Origin: a virus
Lineage: Duplodnaviria > Caudoviricetes
IMG/VR virus record: IMGVR_UViG_3300034061_004620
DNA: 64,000 nt
Reading direction: 5' to 3' (one strand)
Positions 28,445 through 37,211 of this stretch are shown piece after piece. A model generated the notes under the pieces. The model ran no database searches. It had not been told where the DNA came from and worked only from the letters and a program-made list of their open reading frames with translations. A program made the translations under genes and the position numbers. The first letter of the stretch is position 1. Each line of letters opens with the position of its first letter.

Positions 28445-28693
28445 TTGCAAAAGCGTACTCGCAGTATTCTTGACGAACTTGCCCATATGCCGGTCACAAA
28501 AGATCGGGAAAATCTTGTGGAAAGTCGCGCTGGACATGTTATACAAGGTGCTATTAATTTGATAAATTATATCAAAGAAAACTACGATGCCGAGCAGGCA
28601 GCTGAATTAGAGCGTAGATTACTTAATAGTATAAGGGCTCAGGATCCTGCTAAATTTGCTCGCGGAGTTAGGAGATTTAGACGTGAAGATTAA
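28445..28693 (+). CDS. Late hypothetical protein
   Basis: TAAATA near 28420, GGAG SD and TTG start. Confidence 0.7.
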   Translation: MQKRTRSILDELAHMPVTKDRENLVESRAGHVIQGAINLINYIKENYDAEQAAELERRLLNSIRAQDPAKFARGVRRFRRED

Positions 28694-29366
28694 AGACATT
28701 GTTAACGAAGTATTTGGAACACGACGCAAAAGAGATAAATTCGGCACTGATTATGAGAAGGATCCAGAAACTGGGGAATATACTGGAAGTACAGAAACCA
28801 ATCCAAGGTCATTTACAAACATGATCAAAGGCGTAGCTGACAGACTTGGAGCAGATTCAGGGAGCCAGTGGGTCAAAGCACCAGACGATAACTTGCCTGA
28901 CAAAGTCAAACGCTATCGTGTTCCCCCAGGACGAGTTTTGGTAGTGCAAAGCAGAAATGGGCGTAATTTTTTTAAATATGCTGCAAAGCCCACAGCCACC
29001 GACAAAACAGGTTTTTGGACAGATTCTGAAGGCAATACAATATTAGATTCTGAAACAATAAAAACATTAGAAAAATTAGCGCAAGAAAATGGCCAGCTGA
29101 CCTTTGATCCAAATACCACACAAAACGCACAATCAGCTGAGCCCGGTGCTGAAGCTCCTATAAACGACGAGCCAGTGGGGGAACCATCGACGTCAGAACC
29201 CTTGCATCCGGATGTTGCTATTGTACAATCAGTTCCACTGGTTATACAGTATAAAGGTAAAAGATTTGAAATGGACGACTACGGTGAGTTTCATCCATTT
29301 GGTACCACAAGAAAAGTTACTCCTGCTTTGCAAACTTTTTTGGCTAAAGAAAGGATGAAACTGTGA
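28683..29366 (+). CDS. Late hypothetical protein with MKIKDIVNE leader (putative internal head protein)
   Basis: GTG start at 28683 after GGAG. Confidence 0.65.
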   Translation: MKIKDIVNEVFGTRRKRDKFGTDYEKDPETGEYTGSTETNPRSFTNMIKGVADRLGADSGSQWVKAPDDNLPDKVKRYRVPPGRVLVVQSRNGRNFFKYAAKPTATDKTGFWTDSEGNTILDSETIKTLEKLAQENGQLTFDPNTTQNAQSAEPGAEAPINDEPVGEPSTSEPLHPDVAIVQSVPLVIQYKGKRFEMDDYGEFHPFGTTRKVTPALQTFLAKERMKL

Positions 29367-30109
29367 TGCATCTTAACGAAGGTGGGCATGTTTTTAAAAA
29401 CTCAGAAGGACAACCACTTACTCAACGTATAAATCGTGACGATGTGCCTGCTACTATCAATTGGATAGAGCATGTGAGTGGTATTCGATTTCCTGAAGAA
29501 ACCTGGTTAGGTACTACTGGAAGAAAATCAAGTTCTGGCGATTTAGATTTAGCAGTAGACGAAACCAGCATGGACAAAGATACTTTGGTGGCAGTTTTAT
29601 TATCTGCCGGAGTAGATGCCAAAGACATTAAAAAATCCGGTGACAGTGTACATGTAAAAGCACCAATAGGCGGTCGACTTGGGCAAGGTTATGTACAAGC
29701 CGATTTAATGTTTGGTGATCCTAAGTGGCAAGCGTTTAGCATGAGTGGCGGAAGTGAAGGCAGCAAACTAACTGGTATGAGTCGACATGTTATATTGGCC
29801 AGTGTTGTATCTGCCTTGCATCCTGGACTAAAGTGGAGTTACAAACACGGATTAGTTGATCGCGTAACCAATACTACCATCGAAGACGGCAAAAGTCCGG
29901 TCACCTTAAGTAAAATTACAGGTATTCCAATAGCAAAATTAAATTCGCCCGACGATATTATTGATACAATTAGTAAACGCCCCAACTACGATCAGCTGAT
30001 TGCAGCAGCGCGAGAAACTCTGGCCAAGAGTGATATACAGTTACCTGAAGCAGCACCCACACCAGGCACAGCCGCTTGGTTTAGAACATATACGGATAAA
30101 CTTTCATAA
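29363..30109 (+). CDS. Pol-beta/PolX-superfamily nucleotidyltransferase
   Basis: LGTTGRKSSSGDLDLAV (G-S/T...DxD) and a third Asp in VQADLM. Confidence 0.7.
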   Translation: MMHLNEGGHVFKNSEGQPLTQRINRDDVPATINWIEHVSGIRFPEETWLGTTGRKSSSGDLDLAVDETSMDKDTLVAVLLSAGVDAKDIKKSGDSVHVKAPIGGRLGQGYVQADLMFGDPKWQAFSMSGGSEGSKLTGMSRHVILASVVSALHPGLKWSYKHGLVDRVTNTTIEDGKSPVTLSKITGIPIAKLNSPDDIIDTISKRPNYDQLIAAARETLAKSDIQLPEAAPTPGTAAWFRTYTDKLS

Positions 30110-31221
30110 TGTATTTTGAATTTGTTGAGTATTTAATGGAGGCAACTAATCCTCGCACTCCACACCCCGAAGACGCCATATTATCTGGCAGTGCTGCCGC
30201 AGCTCAACAAATTGCTGGCTTAAAAGCAGTGATATCTAATCCACGAAATCTCACAATTAAATGGGATGGTAAGCCGGCGTTGATATTCGGAAGAGACCAA
30301 GATGGCCAATTGGCAGTCATGGACAAGTATATGTTTGATGCAGGATTCCTTGCTAAAAATGTTGAAGATTGGAAACGATATGACAGTCAAAAGGCGTCAG
30401 GAAATCTCAGAGGTAGTTTATACAGTGCGCTCGAAGTGATATGGCCTGGGCTTGATGCTGCAACAAAAGGAGCAGGATTCTACTGGGGCGATCTTTTATA
30501 TGCAGGACAAATACAACCGCAACAGGGCAAGTTTGTATTCCAACCAAACTTAGTTGAATACAGAGTGGCAACTAACAGTGCATTGGGCAAACAAATCGCA
30601 GGCACAGTGGGTGGTATTGTAGTACATCAATACTTTGACCAATTGGGTGGTCAATCAACACAGTGGAATGGAAAAGGACTGGTAACAGTCCCGGGCGGCA
30701 TGGCTATTATTTCTCCAACAGCAGGTAATAAATTTAGCCTTAAAACTCCAGTACAGCAAGAACGAGCAGCAGAATCGGCGCTTAAAAAATATGGTGCTGC
30801 TGTTGACGAATTATTGGCTTCTATACCACAAAGCACCAGGGATAGAATTAAAACTTATTTTAATAAATTTATTACCAAACAAGTATCTGAACCTTTACAC
30901 ACTTGGTTGGCAGTAAATGTTAGCAAAGTACAATACAACGCTTTAGCTGGTGATGATTATACAGGTAAACTATTTGCACAAACACCTGCTGGTGAAATTG
31001 TAGAAAGTCCTGGGTATGTGGGCCTCAAAGCCATTTGGAATAGCATTTACGCTTTCAAGCAAAATTTAGCTAAACAATTAGCAGCACAAGTACAGGGCAT
31101 TGAAGAATATGTCAATGGGCAACCCGCCGGCGAAGGATTTGTTTTTCCCACCACATCTGGGCTTGTTAAAATAGTAGATAGAGAAGTGTTTAGTGCGGCT
31201 AATTTCGCCAAAATGGCGTAA
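30109..31221 (+). CDS. ATP-dependent ligase-fold protein (DUF6267-like)
   Basis: TPHPED N-terminus; motif I IKWDG, motif IV GEGFV and motif V LVKIV. Confidence 0.65.
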   Translation: MYFEFVEYLMEATNPRTPHPEDAILSGSAAAAQQIAGLKAVISNPRNLTIKWDGKPALIFGRDQDGQLAVMDKYMFDAGFLAKNVEDWKRYDSQKASGNLRGSLYSALEVIWPGLDAATKGAGFYWGDLLYAGQIQPQQGKFVFQPNLVEYRVATNSALGKQIAGTVGGIVVHQYFDQLGGQSTQWNGKGLVTVPGGMAIISPTAGNKFSLKTPVQQERAAESALKKYGAAVDELLASIPQSTRDRIKTYFNKFITKQVSEPLHTWLAVNVSKVQYNALAGDDYTGKLFAQTPAGEIVESPGYVGLKAIWNSIYAFKQNLAKQLAAQVQGIEEYVNGQPAGEGFVFPTTSGLVKIVDREVFSAANFAKMA

Positions 31222-31225
31222 TTGG

Positions 31226-31274
31226 TATAAATATTAACATGCGATAACACGCAACTAATTAAGGAGAAACAAAA
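31226..31274 (+). promoter_or_regulatory. Late promoter, 5' hairpin and SD (copy 1)
   Basis: TATAAATA-TTAACA-TGCG(ATAACA)CGCA...AAGGAG. Confidence 0.8.
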
Positions 31275-31703
31275 ATGCCAATCGGAGTAACAAGAGTACA
31301 CGGCAGCACAGCCGGTGTAAATAACGTAGGGTCAGGTCAGAGTTTTGCTAATGCAGCAATTATTAATACTGGTATTGCATCGCCTATCACAGCATTCAAA
31401 ATCACCACACTTGGTGTAACTGCTAACTTAGCAGCTGAATTAGATGATCCAAGTGGTGCTGGTGTAGTAGGTGCAGTTGAAACATTAATGAAAGTAATTT
31501 CAACCAATGCTTCAGTTCTGGCATATCAAGTTGATAGTTCTGGATCAACTGCTCAATTGAGCGTTATAGTTGAGCGTAGTTCATGGACTGACTCGGATCT
31601 ACAAGTATCTATTCGTGCATTAGGTGGTAATATTGGTTCGCGCGGTAATGTATTTCCTGCACTTGCAGCAGTTACATCAACTGGCGGTATTAAACTTGCT
31701 TAA
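31275..31703 (+). CDS. Highly expressed late virion protein (paralog 1)
   Basis: Own late promoter, strong SD and terminator; rich in Ala, Gly, Ser and Thr. Confidence 0.7.
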   Translation: MPIGVTRVHGSTAGVNNVGSGQSFANAAIINTGIASPITAFKITTLGVTANLAAELDDPSGAGVVGAVETLMKVISTNASVLAYQVDSSGSTAQLSVIVERSSWTDSDLQVSIRALGGNIGSRGNVFPALAAVTSTGGIKLA

Positions 31704-31716
31704 TTTAATTAAGTGT

Positions 31717-31745
31717 AAAAAAGCAGACTTCGGTCTGCTTTTTTT
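31717..31745 (+). terminator. Intrinsic terminator with cUUCGg loop
   Basis: AAGCAGAC-TTCG-GTCTGCTT followed by a T-run. Confidence 0.92.
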
Positions 31746-31753
31746 ATGAACAA

Positions 31754-31798
31754 CATAAATATTAACATGCGGTAACGCAAACTATTTAGGAGAAAAAA
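31754..31798 (+). promoter_or_regulatory. Late promoter, 5' hairpin and SD (copy 2)
   Basis: CATAAATA-TTAACA-TGCG(GTAA)CGCA...TAGGAG. Confidence 0.8.
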
Positions 31799-32149
31799 AT
31801 GCCAACAGGATTAGACCGTAGCGCAGGCTACTTTTTTGCAGGTACTACAGGAACTTTGATCGAACCAGGTCAGAGTATTGCATTATATGTTGTTGATGCT
31901 GGTGTAAACTTATCAACCGAAGACGACGCAGCCAACGAAGCATACGAAGCAATCATTCAAGCTTTCCCACCAGTGCTTGCATATTTTGCTCATGCAACAT
32001 CGGGTATTATTAGTATTATCTGCGACGGTGTAAACGCACCAGCAGCAAGTGCCTTACAAACAGCACTCCAAGCACTTGGAACCAAAAAAGGTTCTGTTAA
32101 CTTGGGTAGTGCAACTGTAACAGCAGGGACAAGTTTTGTAGTATCGTAA
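31799..32149 (+). CDS. Highly expressed late virion protein (paralog 2)
   Basis: MP.G..R..G start and SA.VT.GT/GG end resemble paralog 1. Confidence 0.7.
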   Translation: MPTGLDRSAGYFFAGTTGTLIEPGQSIALYVVDAGVNLSTEDDAANEAYEAIIQAFPPVLAYFAHATSGIISIICDGVNAPAASALQTALQALGTKKGSVNLGSATVTAGTSFVVS

Positions 32150-32165
32150 TTTTTTAAATTACAAT

Positions 32166-32192
32166 AAAAGCAGACTTCGGTCTGCTTTTTTT
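32166..32192 (+). terminator. Intrinsic terminator, identical to the one at 31719
   Basis: 31-nt exact repeat (31719-31749 = 32166-32196). Confidence 0.92.
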
Positions 32193-32210
32193 ATGACTAT
32201 AAATACTTGT

Positions 32211-32645
32211 ATGAAATTTTACACTGGAGTTACCTTGGTTGATATCACAGCTACTGGAATGACAAGACATCAGGCCGGGTACGAGACACAACGTGATCAA
32301 CAACGTAATTGGGAAACTGTATTACAAGTTATAGGATTAAGGTCACAACCACAACTGATTGAAGGTCCAGTATCAGCTGAGTTTGATATAGACGAATTAA
32401 GTGAATTTGGCGAGATGTATTATGGTAAACACCGTGCATGGATTTTTTGTTTTGGGGTAGAGCACGAAGATGTATTCTTGGAAAACAGTGATCCAGTTGG
32501 TGGACTGGATAAAGACTTTGCACAGGTGCCAATCATTTGCGGTTTAGAAGAAACAGCAAGATTTATATTACCAATTTTTTATCCTTATGGTGCAATTAAA
32601 AACATATACTTTAAAACTGGCAGAATTAACTTAAATACAGTTTAA
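32211..32645 (+). CDS. Late hypothetical protein
   Basis: TATAAATA at 32198-32205, then ATG 32211. The ATG at 32193 lies in the terminator tail. Confidence 0.7.
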   Translation: MKFYTGVTLVDITATGMTRHQAGYETQRDQQRNWETVLQVIGLRSQPQLIEGPVSAEFDIDELSEFGEMYYGKHRAWIFCFGVEHEDVFLENSDPVGGLDKDFAQVPIICGLEETARFILPIFYPYGAIKNIYFKTGRINLNTV

Positions 32646-32733
32646 ATCACCGGCAATTTAAGGCACTTTTCTTTATGGCACATTTTCTAAATCATTTTAC
32701 AGACCCCTACATTTTTATAGAAAGAAGTAAAAA

Positions 32734-33000
32734 ATGGCAGCAAGCGAAAGAACAAGCCTTGAAGCGCACGTGGATTTATGCGCCGAAAGATACAAGGCTT
32801 TGGAAGATAAATTAGATAAATTAGAACAGCGTATGACCAATATGGAAGAACATATTATAATCATACGCACGAAACTATCAGAATCAGCAGCCGAGGCTAC
32901 AAGTAAAAGTAGTGGGCAATTGATTACAGTAGGCACCGCTTTTGGCGTAGCATTGCTAACAGGCTTAATTATGGTTATGGTACAACTAATTCTAAAATAA
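32734..33000 (+). CDS. Small coiled-coil protein with a C-terminal transmembrane helix
   Basis: Heptad region followed by LITVGTAFGVALLTGLIMVMVQLIL. Confidence 0.7.
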   Translation: MAASERTSLEAHVDLCAERYKALEDKLDKLEQRMTNMEEHIIIIRTKLSESAAEATSKSSGQLITVGTAFGVALLTGLIMVMVQLILK

Positions 33001-33002
33001 AA

Positions 33003-33209
33003 ATGAAGATTGTAGAACTATTAAATAAAGTTAGATTACCAATTACAAACGAAGAATCGGACATTTTAGGAAAATTCGTAGAGTCGCAAGAAATTTCTAA
33101 GAAAGATTTAACACCAAGAGAAGTACTACTTGCAAATCAATTGGTTAATAAAGATATATTATATAGAAAAAATGATGAAGGGCGCATCTATTACAAAAAG
33201 AAAATTTGA
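33003..33209 (+). CDS. Late hypothetical protein (MKIVELLN leader)
   Basis: Contiguous ORF, 68 aa. Confidence 0.7.
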   Translation: MKIVELLNKVRLPITNEESDILGKFVESQEISKKDLTPREVLLANQLVNKDILYRKNDEGRIYYKKKI

Positions 33210-33735
33210 CGATGCAAGAGATGCGTTTACAGATTTTGGGCTTAATTATATACAATCATGGACCAAGCAAGAATTAGCAAAATATAGATCGGAACCTGTA
33301 GTTATTCCAGTAGGAGACTACAGGTTTTTTGTTGGCCCATTTCAGATTCAGGGAGTACATCAGCAATGTTGGAAAGTCAGTCAAATTGACGATAAACACA
33401 CCCATGACTTTGTGGACAAAATTACTGCAATTTTATATTGTTTGTACGAAACAAGAGGACAATATGCACACTCTTCTTATCTATTAGAATTAGATAAAAA
33501 AATTGGAAAACTAAGTTCTGATATCGCATATTACGAAAACGCTCTGTACGCAAAAAAGACTGATAACTTCAAAAAAGATGTTGCATTCAATCGACTGTCA
33601 CATGCAAAAATGCAACGAAAAGATACAGTTAAGATTTTGAAAAAAACTTTAATTTCGGCTAAATACTTTAACTTTAGGAACAACAGCTATGAGACTAACA
33701 GAAATGGGCACCAAGCCCACAGCAAAAAAAATTAA
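33172..33735 (+). CDS. Hypothetical protein
   Basis: Overlapping contiguous ORF; start uncertain. Confidence 0.6.
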   Translation: MMKGASITKRKFDDARDAFTDFGLNYIQSWTKQELAKYRSEPVVIPVGDYRFFVGPFQIQGVHQQCWKVSQIDDKHTHDFVDKITAILYCLYETRGQYAHSSYLLELDKKIGKLSSDIAYYENALYAKKTDNFKKDVAFNRLSHAKMQRKDTVKILKKTLISAKYFNFRNNSYETNRNGHQAHSKKN

Positions 33736-34372
33736 CAAAGTAATGGAAAGCCGTTTTGGCGTAAAGATTGACTATGCTAATTTAGATTTTAAACGTGCGT
33801 ATGTGCTTGCAAGAGGACTAACAGAAAGTCTTAACAAAATCAAGCAAAGCCACGGCGTACATGTAGCAGAGAAGAATCCGAAGTATATGGAACTGCTGAT
33901 GGTACGTGAAGGTTTGCATCGCTGGATGGTAGAGAACAAGCAACAGCTTATTATGGAAAGCGAGATGGGCAAGAGTCAAGCAATTCTTGCTGCCAAAGAC
34001 ATGGTTGATTCGATTCAGGACATGTTAGAAGAAGTCAGCAAGATGCAGAACGAGCAAATGCCGGCGCTACTTGACACCATCCGTGATCAAATTGGTATGG
34101 AACAAGCAGATGCATTCAAAGCAGCAGTAGAACCATTGTTAGCAAATATGTCTCAGCAGTTAAGTTCAGCAAGAGGTACCGCAGATACAGCAGCTCGTGC
34201 GTTAGCCGGTGAACAAGTTGCACAACCAATGGGAATGGGTATGGGAGCTGCTCCAGCCGGTATGCCAGGAGAAATACCACCACCTGATATGGGTAGCGAT
34301 ATGGACACTGATGAATTTGCTGCAACCGATGCAGCGGCAGGTCCAAATGTTGTTGGTAGAGAAAAACGTTAA
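33689..34372 (+). CDS. Putative prohead core/scaffold-like protein
   Basis: TAAATA near 33660; many (L/I/V/M)xE sites; helical body with an acidic Gly/Pro/Met tail. Confidence 0.5.
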   Translation: MRLTEMGTKPTAKKINKVMESRFGVKIDYANLDFKRAYVLARGLTESLNKIKQSHGVHVAEKNPKYMELLMVREGLHRWMVENKQQLIMESEMGKSQAILAAKDMVDSIQDMLEEVSKMQNEQMPALLDTIRDQIGMEQADAFKAAVEPLLANMSQQLSSARGTADTAARALAGEQVAQPMGMGMGAAPAGMPGEIPPPDMGSDMDTDEFAATDAAAGPNVVGREKR

Positions 34373-34782
34373 TGCGTATTCGAGAAATTATAGTCGAGGA
34401 TGCTATTGATGAGATCCTCGAAGACGAAGCAGCCGATCCGGTTATCATGGATTTAATGAATATTCTTGAAACTATGAGGAACCGTGCTCACGACACTCAT
34501 GCTGTACCAAGAGTAAGGGCCGATTCACTAATTAATTTGGTACAAATGCAGCACCCACAATTCACTTTAGATACATTAGATCAGGCCATGTCTAATAATG
34601 AAGCATTAAAATCTTTAATTAAAGATATCAAGGATGACGCTACTGGTGTAAAGTATGTGTATCTTACACCATTTGCAGATGACGACGAAGAGGCAGTAAC
34701 CGGTGATCCAAATGCACCACGAACTCCACCAGAACGAACAGTCGACTCAATGGCCAAATCGGCTCTTGCTAAACGCAGTTAA
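34372..34782 (+). CDS. Late acidic hypothetical protein (MRIREIIVE leader)
   Basis: TAATG-coupled ORF. Confidence 0.65.
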   Translation: MRIREIIVEDAIDEILEDEAADPVIMDLMNILETMRNRAHDTHAVPRVRADSLINLVQMQHPQFTLDTLDQAMSNNEALKSLIKDIKDDATGVKYVYLTPFADDDEEAVTGDPNAPRTPPERTVDSMAKSALAKRS

Positions 34783-34811
34783 ATAATATATAATAACACT
34801 AAGGAGAAAAT

Positions 34812-35192
34812 ATGGCTTACTCAGGTCAAGTCTTGGATCATTATGAGAATCCAAGAAACGTTGGTAAACTGGATAAAAATGACCCTGCAGTGGGAACTGG
34901 TCTTGTGGGAGCACCTGCTTGCGGAGATGTTTTACAACTACAAATTAAAGTAAATGACGGAATTATAACTGATGCTAAATTCAAGACATATGGATGCGGT
35001 TCAGCTATTGCCAGCTCTTCACTTGTGTCAGAATGGGTCAAAGGAAAAACTCTCGAAGAAGCAGGGCAAATAAAAAATACTCAAATAGCTGAAGAATTGG
35101 CGCTACCGCCAGTTAAAATACACTGTTCGATTTTGGCAGAAGACGCAATAAAGGCAGCATTAGAAGATTACAAAACCAAGCAGAATGCTTAA
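34812..35192 (+). CDS. iscU: Fe-S cluster scaffold IscU
   Basis: DHYENPRNVG, GAPACGDV, FKTYGCGSAIASSS and LPPVKIHCS motifs. Confidence 0.97.
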   Translation: MAYSGQVLDHYENPRNVGKLDKNDPAVGTGLVGAPACGDVLQLQIKVNDGIITDAKFKTYGCGSAIASSSLVSEWVKGKTLEEAGQIKNTQIAEELALPPVKIHCSILAEDAIKAALEDYKTKQNA

Positions 35193-36885
35193 AGTTCTTT
35201 TTTATCACGCCAATGATACTTTAGGAACCAGCAAAGATCCGTTGTTTGTAGGAATAGCCGCTTTATATCTAAAAACACATTTAGATATGACAAATCCTGA
35301 AATCGCTAATCAAATTGAATGGTTACTTCCTATTCAAAAAAGATGTTCTGATGAACAACTTGTTGAATATTGTAATCGTGTCAAACCTGACATTTTATGT
35401 ACCAGCCATTATATATGGAATCACACATTCATAACTGAACAATTACACAGAGTTTATAAAAAATTACCGCAAAGCATGCTCATAGTATCAGGCGGACCGA
35501 GTATTGATGTAAACATTAATGATAAATTTTTTAATATGTATCCGTACATTGATTTTGCAATGTACGGTGCCGGAGAACAATCATTTGCTGATCTTATAGA
35601 AAGTATACTCAAGAAAAAAAAATTGATAGCATTTAATACATCAAACATTGCATGGATTGATAAAGAAAAAAATAAAGTTATAATTGCTGATTTTAAATAT
35701 GTTCCACAGCATAAAGTTAGTCCTTACCTGCACAATAAAGAATTTTTTTCTCAAATGATAAGTGATTTGCACCAAAAAGGCATTGAAGTGGTCATTCCGT
35801 ATGAATTAACCAGAGGTTGTCCTTACTCGTGTACTTTTTGTGATTGGAATAGCGGATTGACTAACAAAGTATCGAGACGCAAAGGAACATATAAAGATGA
35901 AATTGATTTATTTCATCATTTAGAAATAAAAAAAATATACTTGTCAGATGCTAATGTTGGACAATATGACGAAGATGTTGATATGATATCGTATCTTGCT
36001 AACAAAAATATAAATGAAAGCGCCGGATTTCAGATAGACGGTAACTTTAGTAAATTAAGAAAAGAAAATAATTTAAAGATATATAACCTAATAGGCGAAG
36101 CCAATCTTTCAACCGAACACGCAGGGTTTACACTTTCAGTTCAAGATATAAATGTTAATGTACTACAAAATATTGATAGACCAGATGTAGGGTGGGATGT
36201 GCATTTAAACATTATTAATGAGTTACATAAAAAATTTCCAAACAAACACTGTAAAATTCAACTTATACAAGGATTGCCAGGGCAAACAGTGATCTCGTGG
36301 CGAGAAACATTGTCAGAAATATGTAAACACCCTGTGACTATACAACCTTTTATAAGCGAACTTTTATCTGCAAGTCCGGCTGCACGTGATAAAGATTATC
36401 AAAATAACTTTAAATTTGAATACAGTAACAGTGAAAGATCTGAAAATAAACATTTTTTCAGAGGAGCTTTCCCAAAATCTTGTACAAGTTTTAGTCAATT
36501 AGATTTTGTAAAAATGACAATGTACACAATAATATACACCACGCTCCAAGTTTACAAAAAACAAGGTATAGAGTTTAATTTAGAAGGTGTGGTAGATGAG
36601 TTTATTGGTTCCAAAAACTATAATGTGCTTGTTGATAATTTGTATCAAAATTGGAAAGAACATGATAAATTTTATTTTACATTAGACTTAGATTTAAAAG
36701 AAAATATAGTCACTGCGTCAAATTTCACAGAATCTGTTATGGATTGGATGGATAGCGTTCTTCTTTTAAAGTTAGTACTGAACAACAGTTTATTAAAGGA
36801 TAAAAAAGAATTTATTAGAAAAGCTGTTATGATAGATCATAACAAACAATTTAAATTAAACATGAAAAAACTTAAGGCATTTTGA
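35185..36885 (+). CDS. Cobalamin-binding radical SAM enzyme
   Basis: ELTRGCPYSCTFCDW; B12-domain-like SHYIWN...SGGP and YGAGEQSF. Confidence 0.88.
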   Translation: MLKVLFYHANDTLGTSKDPLFVGIAALYLKTHLDMTNPEIANQIEWLLPIQKRCSDEQLVEYCNRVKPDILCTSHYIWNHTFITEQLHRVYKKLPQSMLIVSGGPSIDVNINDKFFNMYPYIDFAMYGAGEQSFADLIESILKKKKLIAFNTSNIAWIDKEKNKVIIADFKYVPQHKVSPYLHNKEFFSQMISDLHQKGIEVVIPYELTRGCPYSCTFCDWNSGLTNKVSRRKGTYKDEIDLFHHLEIKKIYLSDANVGQYDEDVDMISYLANKNINESAGFQIDGNFSKLRKENNLKIYNLIGEANLSTEHAGFTLSVQDINVNVLQNIDRPDVGWDVHLNIINELHKKFPNKHCKIQLIQGLPGQTVISWRETLSEICKHPVTIQPFISELLSASPAARDKDYQNNFKFEYSNSERSENKHFFRGAFPKSCTSFSQLDFVKMTMYTIIYTTLQVYKKQGIEFNLEGVVDEFIGSKNYNVLVDNLYQNWKEHDKFYFTLDLDLKENIVTASNFTESVMDWMDSVLLLKLVLNNSLLKDKKEFIRKAVMIDHNKQFKLNMKKLKAF

Positions 36886-37211
36886 TGATTATACTAACAG
36901 AAATAGCTGCACGTAAAGTTCGACAACATATTGATAAACGTGGTCGAGGACACGGAATCATGATTGGTGTGCGTACCACAGGATGTAGTGGACTGGCATA
37001 TAAATTAGAGTATGTAGATAATCCTCCAATCACAAAAGATTACATGACTTTTGAAAGTAATGGAATAAAAGTATATGTAAATGGTCGCGACTTGCCCTAT
37101 ATTGATGGACTAACTATGGATTATAAACGTCAAGGGCTTAACGAAGGATTTGAGTTTATCAACCCCAAAGAAAAGGATCGCTGTGGATGCGGCGAAAGTT
37201 TTAGAATATAA
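36885..37211 (+). CDS. iscA: A-type Fe-S carrier IscA (HesB family)
   Basis: GVRTTGCSGLAY and NPKEKDRCGCGESF motifs. Confidence 0.96.
   Translation: MIILTEIAARKVRQHIDKRGRGHGIMIGVRTTGCSGLAYKLEYVDNPPITKDYMTFESNGIKVYVNGRDLPYIDGLTMDYKRQGLNEGFEFINPKEKDRCGCGESFRI

Noticed and set aside
31717-32196. CRISPR-like or mobile-element direct repeats
   Set aside because: Only two copies, each a cUUCGg intrinsic terminator flanking a gene; no spacers, cas or transposase genes.
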